DNA from: an uncultured Collinsella sp.
Lineage (GTDB): Bacteria > Actinomycetota > Coriobacteriia > Coriobacteriales > Coriobacteriaceae
NCBI GenBank assembly: GCA_900544935.1
Contig: UQXB01000002.1
Coordinates: 4,110 to 68,109, forward strand
Length of the DNA: 64,000 nt
Direction of reading: 5' to 3'
Shown: one piece after another, positions 1-9,605 of the stretch
How positions within the stretch are numbered: the stretch's first letter is position 1
How the letters are laid out: every line of letters begins with the position of its first letter
The notes under the pieces: model-generated
What the model was told of the DNA's origin: nothing
The model's database searches: none
Seen by the model: only the letters and a program-made list of their open reading frames with translations
Position numbers and translations under genes: made by a program

Positions 1-424
1 CCGCCGTCGTGAGCATGTGGACCTCGTCGATGATATAGATCTTGTACTTGCCGCGCACCGGGGCAAAGTTGACGGAGTTGATGATCTCCTCGCGCACATT
101 GTCCACGCCCGTGCGGGAGGCGGCATCGAGCTCGTAGACATCGGGGTGGTTACCCTCGGCAATGAGCTCGCACTCCTCGCAAGTACCGTCGGGCATGCAG
201 CCGCTTGCACCCTCGGCGCGCGCCGCCTCGGCATTGCGGCACAGCAGCGCCTTGGCCAGAATGCGCGCCATGGTGGTCTTGCCCGTGCCGCGCGGTCCGC
301 AGAACAGGTAGGCGTGGGACAGGCGCCCCTCGGTGATGGCGTGCTCGAGCGTCGAGACGATATGCTGCTGGCCCACCACGGAGTCAAAGGTGAGCGGGCG
401 ATACTTTCGGTACAACGATTCCAT
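1..424 (-). CDS. dnaX: DNA polymerase III subunit gamma/tau, N-terminal portion (3' part beyond window start)
   Basis: Minus-strand translation from ATG at 422-424: [51 protein letters not shown] (Walker A) ... [11 protein letters not shown]; classic clamp-loader AAA+ N-terminus. ORF-track ORF 17..526(+) is its antisense shadow. Confidence 0.85.
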   Translation of the reverse strand, partial: MESLYRKYRPLTFDSVVGQQHIVSTLEHAITEGRLSHAYLFCGPRGTGKTTMARILAKALLCRNAEAARAEGASGCMPDGTCEECELIAEGNHPDVYELDAASRTGVDNVREEIINSVNFAPVRGKYKIYIIDEVHMLTTA

Positions 425-539
425 GGGTGCTCCCCCGGGTATACTGAGTCTTGTTGCCGCGGCGGCCATGCGGTCGCACGGCATACTGCATTCCATAATA
501 CCCGTACGGCGAGCCCGCCGCGATAGGAGTCCAAAGAGC

Positions 540-1256
540 ATGGCAGACGCAGAGAGCAACCTCGTCCCCTCCGAAGCAGCCGACCAGGTCGAGGTCGCGC
601 TCGAGGAGCAGGCCGCAGCCGACGACGGCATCCTGTACCTCAACGAGTACCAGTACGAAAACGACCTGGTCACCGACTTCGCCCGCCTGGTCGCCTCGCC
701 CAGGCGTCGCGGCTCGCTGTATGTCGCCGCGGCAATTGCCGCGCTCATCGGCATCGGCATGCTGGTGGCCGGCGGCAACTGGATCAAGTTTGGCGTCGTC
801 CTGATCGTGTTCGGCGCCTTTTTGGCCTGGTGGAGCAAAAACCTGCACCACACCCTCGCCCGCGACTTTATCGACGCCGTTGAGGCCGACGAGTCCATGG
901 GTGGCCGCTATCGCCGCGTCGCCGCCAACGAGGACGGCCTGATGGTTTGGGGCAAGAGCGGCAAGTCACAGTTCTTCCCGTTTGAGAAGCTCGACCACGT
1001 GCTCGACGGCGAGCGCATCTTTGTGGCCATGTTCGCCGACCAGGGCGTGACGATTCCTAAGGACACCTTCGTCCGTGGCGATGCCGAGCAGTTTGGCGCC
1101 TTCCTTAAGGCGCGCATCAACAAAAAACTCCGCATCGAGACCAAGAAGAAGAAAATGAAGGCCGAGAAGGCCGCTGCCGAGGCCAAGCAGGGCGACAAGC
1201 CCCAGGACAACAAGGGCAAGCAGCGCAAGCGGAAGAAGAACAAGAAGAAGCACTAG
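540..1256 (+). CDS. hypothetical membrane protein with Lys-rich C-terminal tail
   Basis: ATG at 540 preceded by AGGAG. Two predicted TM helices ([20 protein letters not shown] / [15 protein letters not shown]). C-terminus [37 protein letters not shown]. The 5' part of ORF-track ORF 333..1256 overlaps dnaX and is rejected. Confidence 0.5.
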   Translation: MADAESNLVPSEAADQVEVALEEQAAADDGILYLNEYQYENDLVTDFARLVASPRRRGSLYVAAAIAALIGIGMLVAGGNWIKFGVVLIVFGAFLAWWSKNLHHTLARDFIDAVEADESMGGRYRRVAANEDGLMVWGKSGKSQFFPFEKLDHVLDGERIFVAMFADQGVTIPKDTFVRGDAEQFGAFLKARINKKLRIETKKKKMKAEKAAAEAKQGDKPQDNKGKQRKRKKNKKKH

Positions 1257-1404
1257 GCCGGACGCAGGGTCCAGACCCCAGACGGAGCTTAAATTGAATG
1301 TCGCCCACCTGCGCGTGCTACACTAGCAGCATCTATGCCACCGCGAACGGCTCGGCCCCGCGCCCGCCGCTCGCAAACGAACTTTAAACGCACGAGGGTT
1401 GGCC

Positions 1405-3258
1405 ATGCCGCTTTTCTCGCAACATACCGCCCGGTTCTCGCCGGACGTTCCTTTGGAGGGCACCAGCTCTCGCGAGCTGCTCAAGCGGTACCAGCCGCTC
1501 GAGACACTTGCGACCGGCGGTTTTGGCTCCATCGAGATCTGCCGCGACACGCACCTGCGCCGCCGCGTCGCCATTAAGCGCATCCCCCTTATTAACGGTG
1601 TCGGCATGCCCGCCAGCGACATCATGGATGTCCTGCGCGAGGCGCACACTGCCGCCATGCTTCAACATCCCAACATCGTGCAGGTCATCGACTTTACGCA
1701 CGACACAGCCTATGCCTACCTGGTTATGGAATATGTCGATGGCATGTCGCTGGCCGAGTTTTTGCACCGCGTGGACGGTCACTCACTTACCTTTGACGAG
1801 GCCGCGGCCATTGCCGATGCCCTAGGCCAGGCGCTCACCTTCGCCCATAGTAATGGCGTACTCCACCTGGACATTAAGCCCGCCAACGTGCTCATCGACC
1901 ACTCGGGCAATGTAAAGCTCACCGACTTTGGCATGGCGCGACTGTCGTCCGCCGGTGGCTTTGGCGGCTCGCGCGGCGGCACCATCGGCTACATGCCGCC
2001 CGAGCAGCTCGATATCGAGACCGGCACGGTCGATGAGCGCGCCGATGTCTTTGCCCTCGCCTGTGTAATCTATGAGGGCCTGTGCGGCAGCGCTCCCTTT
2101 ATGGCGGCCACGCCCGCCGACTCGCTCGACCGCATCATCGGCGGCGCCACCTATCCCAGCGAGCTGATACCACACTTTCCCCCGGGAGCCGAGGCCGCGC
2201 TCATGAGCGCGCTCTCCCCCATGCCGCAGGACCGCCCCAGCAGCATCGAGGCATTTTGCGACCAGCTCCTTGCCGGTCTGGGCAGCGTACGCGAGGGCCG
2301 TCGCAGCCTGGAACAAATGGTTGGCGAGCTTTCGGATGACGAGCAGGAGCTCGACGATATCGAGCCGTCGCACTACGAGGACGAAGCCATCGAGGTCGAC
2401 CCCGCACTTGGCTGGGCGGGCACGCGCTGGAGCCATGCGCGCGACTACACCATGCGCGCTATCTCGGCGCTAACGTGCGGCACCTTTAGCTTTTTGCTGA
2501 TGCAAACGGCCGGGGTCGCGGCGCTTCCCGGCTTGGTCATTGCGGCCATCGCGATCGGAGCGGCGGCTGGCCTGGCCCCCCAGATTGGCTCGGCCATCTC
2601 GGCTGTGGGCTTTTTGGTGCTCATGGCCAACGCCACCATGCAGGCGCAGGGCATCCTGTCGATGCTGCCGGTCGCGGTGATCTTTGCCGCTGCCATGTCC
2701 GGTTGGTGGATCGCCTGGGGTCGCACCGAGGCTGCCGCGAGCGCCGCGCTCACCTGTGCACTCGCGCTTGGCTGTCTGACCGGCAATACCTTCCTGGCAG
2801 CTGGGGTCGCCGGCGGCGTCGCGTCATTTTGGCTCGGCCCGGCAAGCGCCGCCGCGGCAACGGGCATGGGCGCGCTTTTTGCCCGTCTGGCCACGGTCGC
2901 GCTTTCAGCCGGAGGCGTGCTGGGGCTCGGTAACGTTGCCGCAGCGCTGGGAGACCCGCTCCTTTGGGCTGCCTTTGGGCTAGTCGCGGCAACTGCCGCA
3001 GCGTCATCCGCGCTGCTCAATGCCCATGCCAAGCGTGCCGATCAGGGCTCAAACCTTGCCGCAATCGCCGCCATCGCTGTCACCGGCATCGGCTGCGCAG
3101 CGGCGTCCTGTCTTGCACACCATATGGAAATTGCCAGCCTTGCAGCCGCGGTCGTCGCCAAGGCGGCGGTTGCGGGAACCCTATCCTCTATAATCGTTGG
3201 GATATGCCTATATTTGCTCGGATACCAAAGAACCTATACGGAGAGTGATCTTTCGTGA
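1405..3258 (+). CDS. Ser/Thr protein kinase with polytopic (about 8 TM) Ala/Gly-rich C-terminal membrane domain
   Basis: Hanks kinase motifs: GGFGSIEICRD, AIKRI, HLDIKPANVLID, DFGMA, GYMPPEQ. ATG at 1405 after GAGGG. C-terminal 270 aa form repeated hydrophobic Ala/Gly-rich helices. Stop overlaps the fhaA GTG start (GTGA). Confidence 0.8.
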   Translation: MPLFSQHTARFSPDVPLEGTSSRELLKRYQPLETLATGGFGSIEICRDTHLRRRVAIKRIPLINGVGMPASDIMDVLREAHTAAMLQHPNIVQVIDFTHDTAYAYLVMEYVDGMSLAEFLHRVDGHSLTFDEAAAIADALGQALTFAHSNGVLHLDIKPANVLIDHSGNVKLTDFGMARLSSAGGFGGSRGGTIGYMPPEQLDIETGTVDERADVFALACVIYEGLCGSAPFMAATPADSLDRIIGGATYPSELIPHFPPGAEAALMSALSPMPQDRPSSIEAFCDQLLAGLGSVREGRRSLEQMVGELSDDEQELDDIEPSHYEDEAIEVDPALGWAGTRWSHARDYTMRAISALTCGTFSFLLMQTAGVAALPGLVIAAIAIGAAAGLAPQIGSAISAVGFLVLMANATMQAQGILSMLPVAVIFAAAMSGWWIAWGRTEAAASAALTCALALGCLTGNTFLAAGVAGGVASFWLGPASAAAATGMGALFARLATVALSAGGVLGLGNVAAALGDPLLWAAFGLVAATAAASSALLNAHAKRADQGSNLAAIAAIAVTGIGCAAASCLAHHMEIASLAAAVVAKAAVAGTLSSIIVGICLYLLGYQRTYTESDLS

Positions 3259-4268
3259 ACTTCCTGAACATCTTCGAGGACCACGTGGCCGGCATCTTCG
3301 GTGCCACCCGTGCCCCGTTCTCCTTTAAGAAGCTTGCCAAGCAGGCCGCTCGCGACATGGAGGATCAGACTCTGGTGATCAACGGCGTCAACACGGCGCC
3401 GGCACTCTATACCATCCTTATCGCCGCCGACGACGATCCCATGCTCGCCCCGTTCTACCCCGAGCTTTCGCGCGAGGTCCGCGAGTTTGTGAAGGCGCAG
3501 GCCGAAAAGCGCCGCTATGTCTTTGTCGGCGAGCCCCTCGTGCGCTTTATGATCGATCCGCAGCTGCGCGCCGGCAAGTTCTCGGTCTTTGCCGAGAACG
3601 TCGATGCCCCCACGCTCGGCCGCCTGTACGAAGAAGAGCGCGCCTATCAGAACGGCCTGGGCCAGAACAACTCCGCGGCAAGCCGTGCCGCCAGCGCCCC
3701 GCGCGCCGGCCAGCAGCAGTTTGCTGCCCCGCAGCAGCAGCGCCCCGCCGCCATGCCCCAGCAGCAGCCGACGCCTCGCGCCGCCGCTCCCGACCCGCTT
3801 GCCGTGGCAGACCCCTTCGCGCCTAGCGTCCCCGACCCCGCCGCCGCACCCATCCCGGTGCCGCAGACCGTCTCGCGCGACGCGCTTGCCGGCATGGGCG
3901 GAGCCGCCGCGACCGGTGCCGCCGTGGGCCTAGGCGCCGCAGCCGGCATCGCCTCCAACATGGCGAGCACTCGCGCCCCGCAGCGCCCGCTCGCCCAGCT
4001 CGTCGACGTCGTGAGCGGCGAGAGCCATAGCATCACCTCCGCACAGGTGACCATCGGTCGCGAGCGCTCAGTTTCCGACATTGCCCTGCGCGACCCCAAC
4101 GTGTCGCGCCGCCACGCCCAGCTCACCTTTACGGGCTCGGATTGGTCGATCGAGGACCTCAATTCCACCAACGGCACGCTCGTCAACAACCGCCGCATTA
4201 CGCGCTGCCCGCTGCGCAACGGCGATCTGCTGACGTTTGGCCTGAGCACCTTTGAATTTAGGGGATAG
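3255..4268 (+). CDS. fhaA: FHA-domain protein FhaA (DUF3662 N-domain + Pro/Gln-rich linker + C-terminal FHA)
   Basis: N-terminal MNFLNIFEDHVAGIFG (DUF3662-like). C-terminal FHA core VTIGRERSVSDIALRDPNVSRRHAQL...NSTNGTLVNN. Position directly upstream of fhaB and pstP. Confidence 0.8.
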   Translation: MNFLNIFEDHVAGIFGATRAPFSFKKLAKQAARDMEDQTLVINGVNTAPALYTILIAADDDPMLAPFYPELSREVREFVKAQAEKRRYVFVGEPLVRFMIDPQLRAGKFSVFAENVDAPTLGRLYEEERAYQNGLGQNNSAASRAASAPRAGQQQFAAPQQQRPAAMPQQQPTPRAAAPDPLAVADPFAPSVPDPAAAPIPVPQTVSRDALAGMGGAAATGAAVGLGAAAGIASNMASTRAPQRPLAQLVDVVSGESHSITSAQVTIGRERSVSDIALRDPNVSRRHAQLTFTGSDWSIEDLNSTNGTLVNNRRITRCPLRNGDLLTFGLSTFEFRG

Positions 4269-4274
4269 TCGCTT

Positions 4275-4691
4275 ATGAACATCGATATCGTCCTTTTTGC
4301 AGGCCGCATCGTCCTGGTCGCCCTGCTCTATATCTTCCTGTTCGCCGTCATGAAGACCGGCGTGGGACTTGTGCGCGGGCAGCGCCGCGACTCGGCCATT
4401 TGGACGATCGATGTGGACAAGGGTCCGCGCGGTATCCGCGGCATCCACGTAGACATGCTCGGCCCCGTCATCGTCGGTCGCTCGCCATCTTCGGACATCT
4501 GCATCAACGAACCGTTCGTCTCGGCCTCGCATGCGCGCTTTTCGCTGCAGGGCCCGGCGCTCATCATCGAGGACCTCAACTCGCTTAACGGCACGCTCGT
4601 CAACGGCCGCCAGCTCGTGGAGCCCGCGACGCTGCGTGAGGGCGACGAAGTCCAGATTGGCGATGTGGTCATGAAGGTGAACCGTCGATGA
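4275..4691 (+). CDS. fhaB: membrane-anchored FHA-domain protein FhaB
   Basis: N-terminal TM (IVLFAGRIVLVALLYIFLFAV) followed by FHA domain (IVGRSPSSDICINEPFVSASHARF...NSLNGTLVNG). ATG after GGGGA. Confidence 0.75.
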   Translation: MNIDIVLFAGRIVLVALLYIFLFAVMKTGVGLVRGQRRDSAIWTIDVDKGPRGIRGIHVDMLGPVIVGRSPSSDICINEPFVSASHARFSLQGPALIIEDLNSLNGTLVNGRQLVEPATLREGDEVQIGDVVMKVNRR

Positions 4692-6586
4692 TCGACGAGG
4701 AGAACAAGTCCGCAACCATGCCCGAGACGCCGACTGCACCCGCAGTTGCGCCGGCTCATGCCGCTCCGACGCGCCCTGCGACCGTGGAGCCCGAGGACAC
4801 GGTGTTCTCCCTGCCTCTTTCGCATGTAACTCAAGAATATCCGGCACTCGTCGATGACGAGGACGCCGACACCGAGCAGCTCGATGCCCCCATCGGCGCG
4901 CACGCTGCCGAGCAGCCCGCGGAACCGGAGGCAACGCCCGCACCGGCCCACTTTGCCGAGCCCGTCGCCGAGGCGATCAACGAGAGCGCTACCGTGTTTG
5001 CAGCCCCCGAGCCTGCCGCGCCGGTATTCCCCGTCGCCCCGGCAAGCGAGGCGGCACCCGCATCTGCAACGCCTGCCGAAGTCGAGCAGCCCGTTGCCGC
5101 GCCCGCCGCAGCTCCCGAGTCCTCCGCTCAACCCCAGAGCACGCCTGCGCCGTCGCACTTTGCGACGCCCGAGCCGACGGCTGCCGAGCCGCAGCAGGAC
5201 GGCGATCCCGCCGACCGCGTAACCGAAGATCTCAACCTTCCGGACGTCTCCGACGTCGAGTCGGGAGACGATGCCGACACCGTCTCCCCCGGCGACACCG
5301 CCGAGATCGATGTCGCGGCCGTGGAGGCAAAGCTCAAAGATCCCGGCTCGACCATGAGCTTTGAGCCGCTGACCGACGAGCGCATCGAGACCGACTCGAC
5401 CTACGACGCCGGCACCACCACGCAGCTTATGTGGGGCGCCCGCTCCGACGTCGGATGCGTACGCCCGCACAATGAGGACTCCTATCTGGTGCAGTCGCCG
5501 CTCTTTTGCGTGTGCGACGGCATGGGAGGACACGCCGCCGGCGAGGTGGCATCCTCCATCGCCGTCGAGACCATCGCCAAGACGGCGCCGCAGTCCGCCG
5601 ACGCCGCGCGCCTGGCCGCAGCCGTCGAGGCCGCCAACGCAGCCGTGATCGAGGCCGCCCTCAACGGCCTGGGCAAACCCGGCATGGGATGCACGGCCAC
5701 CTGCGCCTACATCGAAAACGACACGCTCGCCATCGCCCACGTGGGCGACTCGCGCGCCTACCTGCTCCACGAGGGTACGCTCATCCGCGTGACCCGCGAC
5801 CACTCCTACGTGGAGGAGCTCGTGGATGCCGGCGAGATTACGGCCGACGAGGCCCGCGTCCACCCCAACCGCTCGGTCATCACCCGCGCGCTGGGCTCGG
5901 ATCCCGCCATGTATGCCGACCACTTTACCCTGCACATCGAGGAAGGCGACCGCCTGATTCTGTGCTCCGACGGTCTTTCGAGCATGATTCCCGATAGCGA
6001 TATCGAGAACATCGCTACGCAGTCCTCGAGCGCACAGATCTGTGTCGACAACTTGGTGGACGCGGCGCTCGCCGCCGGCGGCCACGACAATGTGACCGTG
6101 GTGGTCGTCGACCTGGTCGACGACGGCGTCATGCGCGAGGCAAAACGCGTCCGACGCCGCAATGTCACCATCGCCACCGTCTTGGCCCTTGTCTTTGTGC
6201 TGGTAGCAGGCATCTGGGCATACACGGGCGTCACTGGCTCCTATTACTTGGGAACCTACCACGGCAATGTCGCCGTCTGGCGCGGCCTGCCCGGCAAGAC
6301 GCTCGGAGTCGAGCTCCACTGGCTCGAGAGCGAAACCAGCATCAAACTGTCCGACCTGCCCGAAGACACGCAAAACCGCCTGAAGGCAGGCATTCCGCAA
6401 ACGAATGTCGACGATGCGCAGGACACCATTTCCAAGTACCGCCATCAGATTGACGAGGAGCAGACCCGTCAGGTGATTGACGCGCAAACGATTCGCGACA
6501 ACACCGATCAGGAATCCACCTCCGAGTCAGATTCCGAGAAAACCGCCGAACAGTCAGCCGAGGCCGAAGCCTCCGATAAGAATTAG
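4688..6586 (+). CDS. pstP: PP2C-family Ser/Thr phosphatase (PstP-like) with about 235-aa Ala/Pro/Glu-rich N-terminal extension, one TM and a C-terminal extracytoplasmic domain
   Basis: PP2C motifs RPHNEDS, CDGMGGHAAGEVAS, GDSRAYL, LCSDGL, GGHDNVTV. TM VTIATVLALVFVLVAGIWAY. ATG overlaps the fhaB stop (ATGA). The long N-terminal low-complexity extension is unusual and the start is uncertain. Confidence 0.8.
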   Translation: MIDEENKSATMPETPTAPAVAPAHAAPTRPATVEPEDTVFSLPLSHVTQEYPALVDDEDADTEQLDAPIGAHAAEQPAEPEATPAPAHFAEPVAEAINESATVFAAPEPAAPVFPVAPASEAAPASATPAEVEQPVAAPAAAPESSAQPQSTPAPSHFATPEPTAAEPQQDGDPADRVTEDLNLPDVSDVESGDDADTVSPGDTAEIDVAAVEAKLKDPGSTMSFEPLTDERIETDSTYDAGTTTQLMWGARSDVGCVRPHNEDSYLVQSPLFCVCDGMGGHAAGEVASSIAVETIAKTAPQSADAARLAAAVEAANAAVIEAALNGLGKPGMGCTATCAYIENDTLAIAHVGDSRAYLLHEGTLIRVTRDHSYVEELVDAGEITADEARVHPNRSVITRALGSDPAMYADHFTLHIEEGDRLILCSDGLSSMIPDSDIENIATQSSSAQICVDNLVDAALAAGGHDNVTVVVVDLVDDGVMREAKRVRRRNVTIATVLALVFVLVAGIWAYTGVTGSYYLGTYHGNVAVWRGLPGKTLGVELHWLESETSIKLSDLPEDTQNRLKAGIPQTNVDDAQDTISKYRHQIDEEQTRQVIDAQTIRDNTDQESTSESDSEKTAEQSAEAEASDKN

Positions 6587-6602
6587 AAAGGGAGTGCCGC
6601 TT

Positions 6603-9473
6603 ATGAGTCGCCGCAACACCGAACTGCTCTTGCTCATCGCCTCGGCGTTCCCCGTCATCCTGCTCTATGCGATGTACGTGCTCACCGCGGGCGCCACGAT
6701 TTCCTTTGAGACGCTCGCCGTGCCGATCGGCCTGTTCGCCGCCTTCGCCGCGGCGCATATCGCCGTGCGCATCCTGGCGCCCGGCGCCGACCCCGCCATC
6801 CTGCCCATCGTCTTTGTGCTCTCGGGCATCGGCATCACATTCGTGACGCGCCTGGCCCCCGACCTCGCCATCTCGCAGCTCATCATCTTGTTTGTCTCGG
6901 TGGCGCTCATGGTGGGAACGCTCGCGCTGGTCAAGAACCTCGATGTGGTCATGCGCTACAAGTACACCTTCGGCATTATCGGCATCATCCTGCTGATGCT
7001 GCCGATCTTTATCGGCACCACGATCTCGGGCTCCAAGCTGTGGATTCGCATCGCGGGCTTCACCATCCAGCCTGGCGAGTTCGCCAAGGTCTTCATCGTC
7101 CTGTTCCTGGCAGGCTATCTGGCCGAGAACCGCGAGCTGCTCTCCATCTCCAACCGCAAGATCCTGGGCCTCAAGATTCCGCGCTTCCGCCTGCTGCTGC
7201 CGCTGTTTGCCGTGTGGGGCGTGTGCCTGCTCATCGTCGTCTTCGAACGCGACCTGGGCTCGGCCGTCCTGTTCTACACCATCTTTTTGCTGATGCTCTA
7301 TGTTGCCACGGGACGCTTTTCGTACGTCATCATCGGCCTTGCGCTGCTGGCCGTTGGAGCCGTGGGCGCCTACAAGTTCCTGTCGCACGTGCAGGTGCGC
7401 TTTCAGGTCTGGGTCGATCCGTTTAAGGACGCCCAGGGCCAAGGCTACCAGATCGTACAGTCACTTTACTCGCTGGCTGACGGCGGCCTGGTTGGCGTCG
7501 GCATTGGCAACGGCATGGCAAACAACATCCCCGTCGTCGAGTCCGACTTTATCTTCTCGGCCATCGGCGAGGAAATGGGCCTTTTGGGCGGCGGCGCCGT
7601 GCTCATCCTGTTTATGCTTTTTGCCGTGCGTGGCCTCACCACGGCCGCCCGCGCCAAGTCCGACCTTGCCGCCTTTAGCGCGACCGGCCTTACGGCGGCC
7701 ATCAGCTTCCAGGCATTCTTAATCGTTGGCGGCGTAACCCGCTTGATTCCGCTGACCGGCGTCACCCTGCCCTTTATGAGCCAGGGCGGCTCCTCGCTGC
7801 TGGCGAGCTTTATCATCGTCGCGCTGCTGCTGCGCGCCGGCGACGAGGCAACCGGACGCGAAGCCGAGCTCACCGGCACCGGCACCATGGCCGCCATCAC
7901 CGATGACCAGGTCGCATCCGCCGCTGCCCCGACCGGTACGCGTTTTGCCAGCGCACCTTCCTACAGCCACGGCAACCACTCCGCGGGTTCTCGCATGCGA
8001 CGTCGCCTGCTCGACACGCCAGAGTCCGGCGTGCTCGGCCGCGTTGCACTTGCCAACCGTCTGACTCGTGCCGTGTTTGCCTTTACGGCGCTGTTCGCCA
8101 TCCTTATCGGCAACCTCACCTATGTCCAGGTCATCAAGGCGAAGGATTACCAGGACATGCCGACCAACAACCACACCATCGCCCGCTCCAAGTACATCCA
8201 GCGTGGCTCCATCATCACGTCCGACGGCGTGACACTAGCCGAGTCGCTGCAACAGGAGGACGGCACCTACGCCCGTTCCTACCCCAACGGCAACATGGCC
8301 GCGCACGTAGTGGGCTACGTGAGCCAGCAATACGGCACCGCCGGCATCGAGAGCGTCATGAACGATACGCTCACCGGCTCCAAGGATTACTCCAGCTGGA
8401 ACAACGCCATCGCGTCGCTCGCGGGACAGACCCAGCCGGGCAATACCGCCAAGCTCACCATCGACTCGCGCATCCAGACGGCTGCCGAGCAGGCGCTCAA
8501 GGGCTTTAAGGGCGCTGTGGTGGTCATGGATCCGCGCACCGGTGCGGTCCTTGCGTGTGCGAGCTCGCCCACCTACGACAACACCAACATCGATGCGCTG
8601 CTCCAGTCGGGCGGCGGCGAGGACGGCTCCATGTACGACCGTGCCATGGACGCGCTGTACACCCCGGGCTCGACCTTTAAGGTCGTCACACTCTCCGCGG
8701 CGCTCGAAACCGGCACCGCCAGCCTTACCAGCACGTACCAGGCGCCCGGCTCCATGGACATCGGCAACGCGCCGGTCACCAACTCTGCCAACGAGAGCTA
8801 CGGCACCATCAGCCTGCAGCAGGCCTTCGCCGTGTCGTCCAACGTCGTCTTTGGCCAGGTGGCCAACGAGGTCGGTGCCAGCTCGCTCGTCCAGTTTGCC
8901 AATGCCTTTGGCTACGGTCAAAAGCTCGGTCAGGATCTGACCACCGCGGCTTCCATCATGGCCGACCCGTCGCTTATGACCGAGTGGGAGACCGCTTGGG
9001 CAGGCGCCGGCCAGCCCGTCGGCATGGACCACACGCCTGGCCCGCAGACCACCGTTATGCAGAATTGCGTGATCGCTGCCGCTATCGCCAACAGCGGCGT
9101 GGTCATGGACCCGTTCTTTGTGTCACAGATACTCGCCCCGGACGGGACCGTGGTTAAGACCACGCAGTCCCGCTCGCTGGGCCAGGCTGTCAGCTCTGCC
9201 ACGGCCGACCAGGTTAAGCAGGCCATGCTCGCCGTCGTCCAGTCCGGTACCGGCACCGATGCCCAGATTCCGGGCGTCAAGGTTGCCGGCAAGACCGGTT
9301 CGGCCGAGACCGGCGGCACCAACGTCAACTCTATGTTTGTTGGCTTTGCACCTTACGATTCACCCACGGTTGCCATCTCGGTGGCCTTGGAGGATTACGA
9401 CAAACACGATGTCGAGGCGGCCAAGATTGCCGGCATCGTCCTGACCGCGGCGCTCGCCGCACAGGGAGCGTGA
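6603..9473 (+). CDS. fused SEDS glycosyltransferase (RodA/FtsW family) and class B penicillin-binding protein transpeptidase (PbpA-like), single 956-aa ORF
   Basis: N-terminal about 410 aa form polytopic SEDS (…IAGFTIQPGEFAKVFIVLFLAGYLAE… PLTGVTLPFMSQGGSSLLAS). A linker follows, then a PBP TM anchor (AVFAFTALFAILIGNLTYV). Then the PBP dimerisation and transpeptidase domains (SxxK-like STFK in YTPGSTFKVVT, SSN, KTGS motifs). No in-frame stop between the domains. Confidence 0.75.
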   Translation: MSRRNTELLLLIASAFPVILLYAMYVLTAGATISFETLAVPIGLFAAFAAAHIAVRILAPGADPAILPIVFVLSGIGITFVTRLAPDLAISQLIILFVSVALMVGTLALVKNLDVVMRYKYTFGIIGIILLMLPIFIGTTISGSKLWIRIAGFTIQPGEFAKVFIVLFLAGYLAENRELLSISNRKILGLKIPRFRLLLPLFAVWGVCLLIVVFERDLGSAVLFYTIFLLMLYVATGRFSYVIIGLALLAVGAVGAYKFLSHVQVRFQVWVDPFKDAQGQGYQIVQSLYSLADGGLVGVGIGNGMANNIPVVESDFIFSAIGEEMGLLGGGAVLILFMLFAVRGLTTAARAKSDLAAFSATGLTAAISFQAFLIVGGVTRLIPLTGVTLPFMSQGGSSLLASFIIVALLLRAGDEATGREAELTGTGTMAAITDDQVASAAAPTGTRFASAPSYSHGNHSAGSRMRRRLLDTPESGVLGRVALANRLTRAVFAFTALFAILIGNLTYVQVIKAKDYQDMPTNNHTIARSKYIQRGSIITSDGVTLAESLQQEDGTYARSYPNGNMAAHVVGYVSQQYGTAGIESVMNDTLTGSKDYSSWNNAIASLAGQTQPGNTAKLTIDSRIQTAAEQALKGFKGAVVVMDPRTGAVLACASSPTYDNTNIDALLQSGGGEDGSMYDRAMDALYTPGSTFKVVTLSAALETGTASLTSTYQAPGSMDIGNAPVTNSANESYGTISLQQAFAVSSNVVFGQVANEVGASSLVQFANAFGYGQKLGQDLTTAASIMADPSLMTEWETAWAGAGQPVGMDHTPGPQTTVMQNCVIAAAIANSGVVMDPFFVSQILAPDGTVVKTTQSRSLGQAVSSATADQVKQAMLAVVQSGTGTDAQIPGVKVAGKTGSAETGGTNVNSMFVGFAPYDSPTVAISVALEDYDKHDVEAAKIAGIVLTAALAAQGA

Positions 9474-9605
9474 TGCCCATGATCAAAGCGGATACTTATG
9501 GCGCGCCGCGGCCGATGAGCTAGCGGCAACGCTCCACACGGCCCCAGCGGCCACACATTTGGTACTACACACATCGTTGAGCGAATAGTTATGTTAGGAG
9601 CAGGA

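Noticed and set aside
17-526. ORF-track ORF 17..526 (+), 169 aa
   Set aside because: Antisense to the clearly recognisable dnaX N-terminus on the minus strand. Low-complexity Gly/Ala/Val/Asp composition typical of GC-rich shadow frames.
4328-6487. 719-aa minus-strand ORF antisense to fhaB and pstP
   Set aside because: Arg/Gly-rich shadow ORF in a high-GC region. The plus-strand genes have PP2C and FHA motifs and coupled starts.
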